From contig CAWGRZ010000010.1 of assembly GCA_963825155.1 (NCBI GenBank), forward strand, positions 135,547 to 199,546: a stretch of DNA of 64,000 nucleotides. The letters run 5' to 3'. The notes below the pieces were generated by a model, which was not told the origin of the DNA, ran no database searches, and saw only the letters and a program-made list of their open reading frames with translations. Below, piece by piece: positions 54,941 through 64,000 of this stretch. The stretch comes from an uncultured Acidobacteriaceae bacterium (GTDB taxonomy: Bacteria > Acidobacteriota > Terriglobia > Terriglobales > Acidobacteriaceae). How positions within the stretch are numbered: the stretch's first letter is position 1; every line of letters starts with the position of its first letter. The translations under genes were made by a program, and so were the position numbers.

Positions 54941-55080
54941 TCGTATCAGGGCATGCCTTCAGGCGTGCAGCTAGAGGGTGCGAGGCTTTAGCCGCTGCAC
55001 CCGGCGGACAAGCCAGCGCGGCTAAAGCCGTTCGGATTTGTGCCCGTTAGCGGCATCGCTAAAGCGATGCCCTGATACGA
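54941..55080. repeat. MITE-like composite palindromic element, copy C (best-preserved termini)
   Basis: TCGTATCAGGGCATGCC...GGCTTTAGCCGCTGC...GCGCGGCTAAAGCC...GCGGCATCGCTAAAGCGATGCCCTGATACGA. The termini are near-perfect inverted repeats. Confidence 0.88.
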
Positions 55081-55241
55081 GTCCTTTTTTCAATTGCACC
55101 ACTGGCCGATCTTGTAGGAGTTTGCTCTTCCGGAGCTTTCCTGATACACAAATGGGTTGAGATTTTCCCGCATTTCTAGACCTGCAGGGACCCGGCCGGC
55201 GGGGCGCCGGGGTTGTGTGCACGCGTAACCCTCACATAAAC

Positions 55242-56528
55242 ATGGAGATCAACCAAAGAATGTCGAAACGATTCGCGTGGCTGCTCGGGGTGGTGGCGCT
55301 GATTTCGATCGGACTGTTGGTGGCCTGCGGCAGCAAATACAACACCTCGTCCGACGGTCTGGTGGTGGTGGGTAGTCAGGGGTCGGGGCTCATCGAGACT
55401 TTCGGGCTTTCTCTGTCCAATGGCCACATCTCGGAGATTAGCAACCCGCCTTCCTCGACGTCGACATCAACTTGCGTTCTGAATGGCCTGCCCTCGACCA
55501 TTGTCCTTGACCCGGCCGGAGCCTACGCCTACACCATCATCAACGCCAATTCCTCGTGCGACACACCTACATCCCAGAGCGCTAACGGCATTCTTGCATT
55601 CAAGGTCAATTCCAACGGAACTATGTCGGCGGTTGGGAGCCTGGTACCGGACGTGAATCCTGTCGCTATGGCTATGGATGCAGCCGGCAAGTTTCTGTTT
55701 GTGGCGGAGGGTGTGGGCGGGGGAGTTAACGTCTACTCGATCGGCAGCGGCGCCACCTTGACCGCCGTGCAGGGGACTTACACATTCCCGCCCACGCCCA
55801 TGGTTCCTAATTTCGTCGCTCTGGCAGCGACTCCCACGGTTTTCCCCCCCATCGGCATCAACGGAGTGCAAAACTCCGTGTGCTCGGCCGCAGGTCTGAA
55901 CCCTCCGACGTCTGAATATCTCTATGTTGTCGATCAAGAGAATTATGTGGTCTGGGAGTTCAGCGTGGACACTTCGACCGGCGCATTAGGGAATCCGGGC
56001 GTTACTACCGTCGTGCCATCCTTTACGACCGATCCGGTACCGGCAGGCGTCGCTGTGGACCCTTGCAACCGCTTCGTCTATGTCACCGACAGCCTGACCA
56101 ACAAAGTCAGTGCCTACACTATCTGCAACGGGCAGACGACTCAATCGTCGACCTGTCCGACCGTCCCAGACGGCAGCCTGGTGGCCGTTACGGGCTCACC
56201 GTTCAGCCTCACCGGCGGGGCCAACGGTCCGGGACCTCTTGCGGTTGATCCCTATGGCAACTACGTCTACGTCGTAGATACCCTCTCCGGCCAGGTCTCG
56301 ATTCTGCACCTCAGCCCGGTTTCGGGTAGTCTGACGGTGGGGTCAACCGTGAACACGGGCAGCCAGCCCAAGGCGATTGCGATTCGTAGCGACGACAACT
56401 GGCTTTTCGTTACCAACTACAATTCTGCCTCCTTGTCGCAATTCGCAATTACGCCTGCCACCGGCGCGCTTTCAGCCCTGCCCACAATCCAGACCGACAA
56501 CTATCCCTGGGGCGTTGCGGTGAAATAG
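55242..56528 (+). CDS. beta-propeller (YVTN/lactonase-type repeat) lipoprotein
   Basis: Lipobox LLVAC|GS. Repeated blades with FVYVTD, YVYVVD and WLFVTN motifs. Start at 55242 or 55260. Confidence 0.8.
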   Translation: MEINQRMSKRFAWLLGVVALISIGLLVACGSKYNTSSDGLVVVGSQGSGLIETFGLSLSNGHISEISNPPSSTSTSTCVLNGLPSTIVLDPAGAYAYTIINANSSCDTPTSQSANGILAFKVNSNGTMSAVGSLVPDVNPVAMAMDAAGKFLFVAEGVGGGVNVYSIGSGATLTAVQGTYTFPPTPMVPNFVALAATPTVFPPIGINGVQNSVCSAAGLNPPTSEYLYVVDQENYVVWEFSVDTSTGALGNPGVTTVVPSFTTDPVPAGVAVDPCNRFVYVTDSLTNKVSAYTICNGQTTQSSTCPTVPDGSLVAVTGSPFSLTGGANGPGPLAVDPYGNYVYVVDTLSGQVSILHLSPVSGSLTVGSTVNTGSQPKAIAIRSDDNWLFVTNYNSASLSQFAITPATGALSALPTIQTDNYPWGVAVK

Positions 56529-56671
56529 GGCTTCAGTTTCTAGCCGCGAAGCGGTGTAAGAATGCAGCCCACGGCGAGGCCCCGGCTGGACAAGTGGGAC
56601 GCGAACAAGCCCCAGCGGGGCGAAAGATGGATTCTCACGCGCACAAGATCAGGGTTTGGGTCCGCGGTCCG

Positions 56672-58990
56672 TTACGTTGGCACCTTCAAGATCAAATACC
56701 CGCCCACCAGGATGAAGATCAGGTCCGGCGACCAGGCCGCCAGCGCCGGCGGCAGCTGGCTGATGTCTCCCATGTCTTCGAACAGCCTTGACACCACTGT
56801 GTAGAACATCGCGATCCCCACCGCGACGGCCACGCCAGTGATGGCCCCCTTTTTTCCTGTCGACAACGAAAAGGGAATGGCCAGCACGGCCATAATCAGC
56901 GTGATCAGCGGATATGACAGCTTCTTCTGGAGTTCCACCCGCAGGCGCACTACGTCGAATCCGCTCTGCTGCAGATCGCGGATGTAGCGCCGCAACTCTT
57001 CATAATTCATCTCGGTATACTGCTTGACCTCCTTCTTGAAATAAGACGGCGTCTCCGGCAAATCAGGGAACGTGGCCACTTCAAACGGGTGATAGTTGAC
57101 GATGGCGGAGCCCTGGAGCGAGCGGTCCCATCCCTTTTCGTAGATCCAGCGGTTCAGGTTTTCAGCCCAGTGCGCGCGCTCCGCGTGAATTCGCCGGGTG
57201 ATGGCGAAACTGGCGCGATCCAGTTGAAACACCGTGACATTGCCAAACTGATCGCGGTCCGGATCGAAGAACTGGTAGTAGTAGATGTCGTTGTGCTGGC
57301 CGAAAATCCATTTGCGGTCGGGGCGGAGGTAGGTTTGCGCCGGTCTGCCCTTGATCTGGTTGTGCAATGCCTCCTGGCGCTTGTTTGTGTGCGGCAGATA
57401 GAACTGGTCGGCGAAAAACAGCGCCACCGCCAGCACCGCTGCTGCCACGATCACCGGCGTGACAATGCGGTAGATGCTGATTCCGGTCGCCTTGATCGCG
57501 GTGATCTCATTCGAGCGCTGCATTACCCCAAAGGTGATCAGCACGGCAAGGAGCATCACCAGTGGGGCCACGTTGTACATCAGGTAGGGCGCGACATTGA
57601 GCAGGTATTCCGCAACTACCGTGGCTGGCACCTGGTTGCGCAGAATGTCTCCCAGCAATTCAAACAGTGTGAATACGATCACCAGCACCAGAAATGAAGA
57701 AAGGATCATCCCCAGGTACACGAAGAAATCGCGCAGCACGTAATCGTCGAGCAGCGTGGGAAAGCTGGCGCTGAATACGCGCCGTCGCGTCGAGGCGCGC
57801 TCGAACGCATTCTCCCGGCGGCTGCGCGCAATCGCGGCTTGGGGCCAGGCTCCGTCCCGCCTCCAAAAAGGCCGGAGCCACGAAAGTTCAAAGGGACGCT
57901 TCTCCGCATGCCACAACAAGAACAGACCCAGCGCCAGAAACGCCAGGTCGGCCAGCCATGCTCCGAACCACGGCGAGACCCGGCCTTGCCGCGCCAGCGA
58001 AACTCCGATCAGCGAAATCACGTAATAGACGAACACCAGCAGAATCGTCAGCACGAATCCGCCGGACTTTCCGCTCTTCTTCGACGACAGTCCCAGCGGG
58101 ATTCCCACCAGCGCGAGCACTAGGCACGCCGTAGGCAGGGAGAAGCGCCGGTAGTATTCGATCAGATACCAGCGCGCGGAGATGGGATCGACACGGCTGG
58201 CCTTCTCCCGCAATGCCCAGGTATTCATCAAAGTGGCGGGAACGGACTCATCGGGCTTGTTCTCGGTTGAGGGCAGATCAATCGGAATGTCCGCTTGCTG
58301 AAAAGTGGAAATGTGATAGTCGCCAGCGTCTTTGGGATTGGTTTCGTGGGCGGAGCCGTCGATCAGGTGCAGATGCAGGCGATCGCGGCCTTCGCTGACC
58401 ACGATGCCTTCTTTCGCGAGAGTGATCTTGGGGTTGGTGGCGTCGCTAAGGTCGGCCATAAAAACGCCCTTCCACACCGCCGCTCCCTGCCCGCTTTTTA
58501 CATCTTGTACGTAGAGGACGTATTTGGGGAAGCCCTCGAAAAAAACCCGAGGCTGAATCTCGAACGACACCTGCGAACCCTTGAGCCGGTCCTCGAGGTG
58601 GCCCAGCGCAGCCTGTGATCGCGGCGCAATGTACAGCCCATTGGCCAGAGCCAGAAGCCACGCCGCGATGACAAAAATCGAGAGCACGCGCAGAAAGCTC
58701 CACACGCTCATGCCGCTGGCCCGCATAGCCGTGATTTCGCTGTCGGCGGCGAGACGGCTCAAGCCGATCAGGATGCCGACCAGCACGCTCATGGGCAGCG
58801 TGTAAGTGAGTGCGAGCGGGACAGTGAAGAAGAAAATCTCGGCGACGCTGGGCAGCGGAGCGCTGGCTCGCACCACCAGTTCGAGAATGCGTCCCAGATC
58901 GCGCGTGAACAGGACGAAGGTGAAGATCACCGCGCCAATCAGCGCGTGCGCCGTCACTTCGCGTAGGATGTAGCGGGTCAGAATCCGCAT
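56672..58990 (-). CDS. fused LptF-LptG-type LPS-export permease (two YjgP/YjgQ modules in one 772-aa ORF)
   Basis: The N-terminal half starts MRILTRYILREV...EITAMRASGMS. The second half has LLDDYVLRDFFVY...EITAIKATGIS. There is no stop or start codon at the junction. The Met at 58990 is preferred over the ORF-track start at 59260. Confidence 0.8.
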   Translation of the reverse strand: MRILTRYILREVTAHALIGAVIFTFVLFTRDLGRILELVVRASAPLPSVAEIFFFTVPLALTYTLPMSVLVGILIGLSRLAADSEITAMRASGMSVWSFLRVLSIFVIAAWLLALANGLYIAPRSQAALGHLEDRLKGSQVSFEIQPRVFFEGFPKYVLYVQDVKSGQGAAVWKGVFMADLSDATNPKITLAKEGIVVSEGRDRLHLHLIDGSAHETNPKDAGDYHISTFQQADIPIDLPSTENKPDESVPATLMNTWALREKASRVDPISARWYLIEYYRRFSLPTACLVLALVGIPLGLSSKKSGKSGGFVLTILLVFVYYVISLIGVSLARQGRVSPWFGAWLADLAFLALGLFLLWHAEKRPFELSWLRPFWRRDGAWPQAAIARSRRENAFERASTRRRVFSASFPTLLDDYVLRDFFVYLGMILSSFLVLVIVFTLFELLGDILRNQVPATVVAEYLLNVAPYLMYNVAPLVMLLAVLITFGVMQRSNEITAIKATGISIYRIVTPVIVAAAVLAVALFFADQFYLPHTNKRQEALHNQIKGRPAQTYLRPDRKWIFGQHNDIYYYQFFDPDRDQFGNVTVFQLDRASFAITRRIHAERAHWAENLNRWIYEKGWDRSLQGSAIVNYHPFEVATFPDLPETPSYFKKEVKQYTEMNYEELRRYIRDLQQSGFDVVRLRVELQKKLSYPLITLIMAVLAIPFSLSTGKKGAITGVAVAVGIAMFYTVVSRLFEDMGDISQLPPALAAWSPDLIFILVGGYLILKVPT

Positions 58991-59126
58991 GAGAAGCGCG
59001 CTAGAGGCGAGAATAGCATGTGGGGGTTCATTGGAGCAGGATGTTATCTTCTGCGGCCGGAACCGGAGCATCCAGCGGACCGTACTGCTGCAGAGCGAGG
59101 CCGAAGCGGAGTAAGGAGCTGGCGGG

Positions 59127-60671
59127 ATGACTGTCGGGAAGATGACTGTTGGGAACATGGAGCACCGTCTGGAGCAGATCGAGAATGGATCTCGGACCGA
59201 TACCCTGGCGCTGCTGGGCATCGCAGCGAGCATCGCGGCACTCCATCTGTTCACCAACAATCGCTACGGGTTTCATCGCGACGAGCTCCAGGTTCTGAGC
59301 GATGCCCGCCATCTGGACTGGGGATTCGTGCCCTATCCGCCGTTCACACCGTTCGTGGAGCGGATCGGCCTCTCTTTCTTCGGCCTCTCCCTGGTGGGGC
59401 TGCGCCTGTTCTCAGTGATCGCGCAGTCGTTTGTCATTTTCTTTTCTGGGCTGATGGCGCGCGAACTAGGCGGAGCGCGGCTCGCGCAGGTGACTACGGC
59501 GATCGCGGTGGCGCTCTCGCCCCTGGCCCTGTTCGAGGGGACGGAGTTCCAATACACGACCTTCGACAATTTGTGGTGGGTCCTGATCGCCTACTTCGTG
59601 ATTCGCCTGCTGAAGACGGAGAATCCGCGCTGGTGGCTGGCGATCGGCGCCTTCATCGGCATTGGATTTCAAACGAAGTACACCATGGGCTTTTATGTTT
59701 GCGGGATTCTGGGCGGACTTCTGCTGACCAGCGCACGCAAGTATCTGGCGAGCGGATGGCTGTGGGCCGGCGTCGCGGTCGCTTTTGTGATTTTCCTCCC
59801 GAATCTGATATGGCAGGTGCGGCACGATTTCATCTCGCTGCATTTTCTCCAGCACATTCACATGCGCGATGTGGGTGAGGGGCGAGCCAACGGATTTTTT
59901 CGCGACCAGTTCATGATCTGCACGAATCTGTTTGCGGCGCCGCTTTGGATTGCCGGATTGTTGCGCTATTTGCGCGACCGCCGTTACCGGATGCTGGCAT
60001 GGATGTACTTGATTCCCCTGGCGCTCTACGTCGTGGGCAAGGGGCGAGGCTATTACCTGGGGGCGGCGTATCCCGTGCTGATAGCGATGGGAGCAGTCGT
60101 GGGCGAGCGCTGGGTCGGGTCCATGCCGAAGTTGCCGCGCTGGGTGTTAGAGGCTGTGCTGTTTACTGGTCTGGCCGCGGGTGGCGTCTATGTATCGACG
60201 ATTGTTGTTCCGCTTGTGTCCCGCGGCCCGCTGAAGAACTTCGCCCTCGAGCACAACGGCGATCTGCGCGAGGAAATCGGCTGGGACGAATTGGTCAAGA
60301 CGGTCGCCGGCATTCGGGATTCGCTGCCTCCGGAGCAGCAGAAGAATGTGGGCGTAGCCGTGAGAAACTACGGCGAACAGGGCGCGATCGAGATTCTGGG
60401 GCCGGCCTGCCACCTGCCTCCGCCGGTCAGCGGCATCAACTCATCCTGGCTGCGGGGGTATCCCACACCCCCGCCATCAACCCTGATTGTCCTCGGATCG
60501 ACGCGGGAACAGGCGGAGCGTCTGTTCACATCGTGCCGCCTGGCCGGGCACAACGGGAATTCTCTGGGCGTGAAGAACGAGGAGAGCCAAGACCATCCCG
60601 ACATCTTCGTATGCGGGCCGCCGCGCCTGCCTTGGCCTGAGTTCTGGAAGAAGTACCAGGGGTTCGGGTAG
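59127..60671 (+). CDS. GT39/ArnT-like (PMT_2) membrane glycosyltransferase
   Basis: AAGGAG at 59113-59118 lies 8 nt before the ATG at 59127. Multi-TM N-terminal region with GFHRDEL...PYPPFTPF and QTKYT motifs typical of dolichyl/undecaprenyl-phosphate-sugar transferases. Confidence 0.75.
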   Translation: MTVGKMTVGNMEHRLEQIENGSRTDTLALLGIAASIAALHLFTNNRYGFHRDELQVLSDARHLDWGFVPYPPFTPFVERIGLSFFGLSLVGLRLFSVIAQSFVIFFSGLMARELGGARLAQVTTAIAVALSPLALFEGTEFQYTTFDNLWWVLIAYFVIRLLKTENPRWWLAIGAFIGIGFQTKYTMGFYVCGILGGLLLTSARKYLASGWLWAGVAVAFVIFLPNLIWQVRHDFISLHFLQHIHMRDVGEGRANGFFRDQFMICTNLFAAPLWIAGLLRYLRDRRYRMLAWMYLIPLALYVVGKGRGYYLGAAYPVLIAMGAVVGERWVGSMPKLPRWVLEAVLFTGLAAGGVYVSTIVVPLVSRGPLKNFALEHNGDLREEIGWDELVKTVAGIRDSLPPEQQKNVGVAVRNYGEQGAIEILGPACHLPPPVSGINSSWLRGYPTPPPSTLIVLGSTREQAERLFTSCRLAGHNGNSLGVKNEESQDHPDIFVCGPPRLPWPEFWKKYQGFG

Positions 60672-60679
60672 AGGCCGTC

Positions 60680-62596
60680 TCAGCTGGCTTTGAAGAACAG
60701 TGCCGCCAGCGGAGGCAGGGTCAGCTTCAGCGAGAAGGGGCGCCCGTGGGTCGCGATCTCCTCTGCAACCACTCCGCCCAGGTTGCCCATGCCGCTGCCG
60801 GCGTATTCGCGGGCGTCGCTGTTCAGCAGTTCGCGCCAACGGCCGCCGTGGGGGACGCCCACGCGGTATCCCATGCGGGGGACAGGCGTGAAGTTGCAAA
60901 CGACCAGCACCGTGTCTGGGGCCGACTCGCTCTTGCGCAGCAGGGAAATCGTGCTGGTGGCGTTGTCGTTGGCGTCGACCCACTCGAATCCGGCAGGATC
61001 GTTGTCGAGCACGTGCATGGCGGGCTCGCTGCGATAGAAGCGGTTCAGTTGTTCCATCCAGGCTTGCACCCCGCGATGAACCTGGTACTGCAGAACATGC
61101 CACTCCAGACTGGTGTCATGCGCCCACTCGCGCACCTGGCCGAATTCACAGCCCATGAACAGGAGCTTCTTGCCGGACTGGGCGTACATGTAGGCATAGA
61201 GCAGACGCAGGTTGGCAAATTTCTGCCATTCGTCGCCCGGCATTTTGCCGATCAGCGACCCCTTGCCGTGGACGACTTCATCGTGCGAGAGCGGCAGCAC
61301 AAAATTTTCCTGGAACGAATACAGCATGCGGAAAGTAAGATCGTTGTGGTGATACTTGCGATGGATAGGATCGTTCTGAAAATACCGGAGCGTGTCGTGC
61401 ATCCAGCCCATATCCCACTTCAGGCCAAAGCCGAGGCCGCCGATGTAAACCGGCTTTGAGACCATGGGCCACGAAGTGGATTCCTCGGCCGTGGTCTGAA
61501 TCTCAGGATGCTCTTTGTAGGCTTCCTGATTGAAACGCCGCAAAAAATCGATGGCGTCGAGATTTTCGCGTCCGCCGAACTTGTTGGGAATCCACTCGCC
61601 TTGCTTGCGCGAGTAGTCCAGATACAACATGGACGCGACCGCGTCCACCCGCAAACCATCGATGTGATACTTGTCCAGCCAGAACATGGCGCTCGACATC
61701 AGAAAGCTGCGCACTTCCGGGCGGCCGTAATTGAAAATGTGCGTCTTCCAGTCGGGATGAAATCCCTGGCGCGAGTCGGCGTGCTCGTAGAGGTGCGTGC
61801 CGTCGAAGTAGGCCAGACCATGCTCATCGGAAGGGAAGTGCGACGGCACCCAGTCGAGAATCACCCCAATGCCGTGCTGGTGCAGGTAGTCCACCAGGTA
61901 CATGAAGTCCTGCGGCGTGCCGTAGCGCGACGTAGGCGCGAAGTATCCCGTCGTCTGGTATCCCCACGAACCGTAAAACGGATGCTCCATCACCGGCAGG
62001 AATTCGACATGCGTAAATCCCATTTGCCCGACGTATTCTGCCAGGCGCGGCGCGGTCTCGCGGTACGTGAGCGGACGGTTGTGCTCCTCTGGCACCCGCA
62101 TCCACGAACCCAAATGCACTTCGTAAATGGCCTGCGGCGCGCGCAGTGAATTGCGGGCGGCACGCTTCTCCATCCATTCCTGATCGCTCCACTGGTAGTC
62201 CAGGTCCCACACGACCGAGGCCGTGCGTGGAGGCTTCTCATGCAGCAGTCCGAGCGGGTCGGCCTTATCCACCCGATAGCCATGGCTCTGCGATTCGATA
62301 TGGAATTTGTAGAGCGCGCCGCGGGTTACGCCCGCGACAAATCCTTCCCAGATTCCCGACGACCCGCGGGGCGCCAGACGGTGCGACTTCGCGTCCCAGC
62401 CGTTGAAGCTGCCCACCACCGAAACCGACCGCGCATTGGGCGCCCACACGCTGAACACGGCCCCAGCCACGCCGTTATGCGTGACCAGGTGTGCCCCCAT
62501 CTTCTCCTGCATGCGATAGTTGCTGCCCTCGTTGAACAGGTATAGATCCTGGTCAGTGAGAAGCTGCGGCGCGGAAAGTGTGGTTTCAGAACTCAT
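60680..62596 (-). CDS. glgB: 1,4-alpha-glucan branching enzyme
   Basis: GH13 motifs [31 protein letters not shown] and LPLSHDEV. The Met at 62596 (MSSETTLS) is preferred over the ORF-track start at 62710. Confidence 0.93.
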   Translation of the reverse strand: MSSETTLSAPQLLTDQDLYLFNEGSNYRMQEKMGAHLVTHNGVAGAVFSVWAPNARSVSVVGSFNGWDAKSHRLAPRGSSGIWEGFVAGVTRGALYKFHIESQSHGYRVDKADPLGLLHEKPPRTASVVWDLDYQWSDQEWMEKRAARNSLRAPQAIYEVHLGSWMRVPEEHNRPLTYRETAPRLAEYVGQMGFTHVEFLPVMEHPFYGSWGYQTTGYFAPTSRYGTPQDFMYLVDYLHQHGIGVILDWVPSHFPSDEHGLAYFDGTHLYEHADSRQGFHPDWKTHIFNYGRPEVRSFLMSSAMFWLDKYHIDGLRVDAVASMLYLDYSRKQGEWIPNKFGGRENLDAIDFLRRFNQEAYKEHPEIQTTAEESTSWPMVSKPVYIGGLGFGLKWDMGWMHDTLRYFQNDPIHRKYHHNDLTFRMLYSFQENFVLPLSHDEVVHGKGSLIGKMPGDEWQKFANLRLLYAYMYAQSGKKLLFMGCEFGQVREWAHDTSLEWHVLQYQVHRGVQAWMEQLNRFYRSEPAMHVLDNDPAGFEWVDANDNATSTISLLRKSESAPDTVLVVCNFTPVPRMGYRVGVPHGGRWRELLNSDAREYAGSGMGNLGGVVAEEIATHGRPFSLKLTLPPLAALFFKAS

Positions 62597-62872
62597 TGGG
62601 GCACTGGAAAGTGTGCGATCAATAGTGTACCGGAAGACGACGTTCACGCGAACAATGTGCCGGGGGCTTTGCGCGAAGCGGCTACGCAGCCGAGGTGCAA
62701 GATATTGCATGTTGACCGCCGACTGGATCGGGTGGAGAATAGTTCGCCCTCGGCTGGCAGGAGAATCGCAAACCCTAGCCGAGTCTCCCCCCGGCGGTCG
62801 CCAGTCCGACCTGCACGAATCAGGTCATTGCCTGCCACACTGTCACAAATCGCTGCTGCAGGAGAATTCCCA

Positions 62873-64000
62873 ATGAGAAAACTGCAAATTCGCATCGCGA
62901 TGCTCGTTCTGGCAATCGCCGCCTGAACTCCCTATGCTCCACCGGTCGAGGGTACGAACGGACTCCTCTATGGCACAACCGCCGGAGGGGGCGGTTCCGC
63001 GAGCTGCGGCACGGTGTACAGCATCAACAAAGCGGGCACCGTGTTCACCACCCTGCACCAGTTCGCCGGCAGCTCCGGCCCCGACGGTTGCACTCCCCTG
63101 GCGCCACTGGTTGTGGAAAACGACGGCAATTTCTACGGGACGACCAACGCTGGAGGCATGTCGTTTTACGAGGCTGGCACGATCTTCAAGATCACCCCGT
63201 CGGGCAAACTGACGCTACTCCACAGCTTTGGCAATTCCGATGGTTACCTACCAAACGGTCTGATTCTGGGAACTGACGGCAACTTCTATGGAACGACCGC
63301 CGCCGGTGGCACCAATGGTTACGGCGTGGTTTTCAAGATCACTCCAGCCGCTGTTTTCAGCACCCTTCACAATTTCGTCGGTGGCACAAGCGATGGAACC
63401 GGACCCTACGCTGGCTTGGTGCAAGCTACCAATGGGAAGTTTTACGGTGTAACTACCTACGGTGGGGCAAACAACGACGGAACGATCTTCGGTGGGAGTG
63501 CGACCTCTAAATTTGCCGCGCTCTACAGTTTCGTTCAGAGCACGACTGGGGATATCCCCGAAGCTCCGCTTTTCCAACGCACGGATGGGCTGCTGTACGG
63601 AGATACGTTTCGCGGTGGCTCCAATGGTGAGGGCACGTTCTTCAGCCTGAAGCTTGGCTTGCATCTATTCGTTAGTTTTTCTCCTGCCTCTGGCAGGGTT
63701 GGGAAGCTTATCGGCATTTTCGGGCAAGGGTTCATCGGGGCAACCGCCGTTTCCTTCGGGGGAACCAGCGCTGCCTACAGCGTCGTTTCGGACACCTTTC
63801 TGACGGCGCATGTGCCTTCGGGCGCGGAAACCGGTTCAGTAACCGTGACCACGCTAGGCGGGACCACCCTTACCAGCAGCAGGAAATTCCGTGTTACGCC
63901 GCAAATTACGAGCTTTACACCATCGAGCGGCCTGGTGGGAACGTCCGTCACCGTCACCGGAGTCAGTCTCTTTCAGACGACAAGAGTTACTTTCGGCGGA
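62873..64000 (+). CDS. GloVer tandem-repeat + IPT/TIG-like secreted protein; 3' end runs off the window; interrupted by an in-frame TGA at 62924-62926 (possible pseudogene)
   Basis: Signal peptide MRKLQIRIAMLVLAIAA, then TGA, then the same frame stays open for 358 codons to the window end (hand-translated, no stops). It contains repeats such as DGNFYGTT..GG..G.GT(I/V)FKITP... Confidence 0.7.

Noticed and set aside
62924-62926. The TGA in the GloVer gene read as selenocysteine.
   Set aside because: It falls at a signal-peptide cleavage region rather than a redox motif, and I see no convincing SECIS-like hairpin immediately downstream. A nonsense mutation or sequencing error is more parsimonious.

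Overview
GC-rich bacterial chromosomal window. By inference it is Acidobacteriota/Terriglobia-like: it has a CarboxypepD_reg-type TonB-dependent receptor, an acidobacterial VWFA-related protein, a GloVer-repeat protein, many TPR fusions and bshC. I support about 50 protein genes, one tmRNA (ssrA, 30734-31102, minus strand), one strong intrinsic terminator, and two families of palindromic intergenic repeats. One family is a roughly 115-146 bp MITE-like element present in three copies. No CRISPR array, rRNA, tRNA, integrase or transposase was seen.

Gene content in order:
- Porin plus a half-size PstS-like protein.
- Stand-alone B12-binding domain, translationally coupled to an unknown gene.
- AlkA-like glycosylase.
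- GMC oxidoreductase / Tat subunit / TIM-barrel trio.
- A roughly 24 kb neighbourhood (6.7-30.6 kb) dominated by alkaline-phosphatase-superfamily enzymes. It holds four paralogous 'sulfatase'-TPR fusions and two PF01663-like enzymes, interleaved with a TonB-dependent receptor, a CRTAC1/ASPIC FG-GAP protein, TPR proteins, a VWA protein, an RHH-like mini-protein, a polytopic membrane protein and a small sulfotransferase.
- tmRNA, followed by a PIN toxin with an atypical partner.
- Housekeeping and envelope genes: SPFH, bshC, LysE, HAD, GDPD, rhomboid-TPR, glpD, mazG, a GNAT + NSAR/OSBS pair, bactofilin, two methyltransferases, an MsbA-like ABC exporter, DUF1223, a Cpx-like CpxP/RR/HK module, a beta-propeller lipoprotein, a fused LptF-LptG, GT39 and glgB.
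- A GloVer/IPT protein interrupted by an in-frame TGA.

Most interesting points:
1. The 'sulfatases' carry Thr-x-P-x-His instead of the formylglycine motif.
2. They share an L-x-x-LGY motif that reappears on a separate 69-aa protein.
3. The AlkP-RHH-membrane-AlkP-sulfotransferase operon has a predicted split (periplasmic and cytoplasmic) topology.

None of these can be assigned a function from sequence alone.
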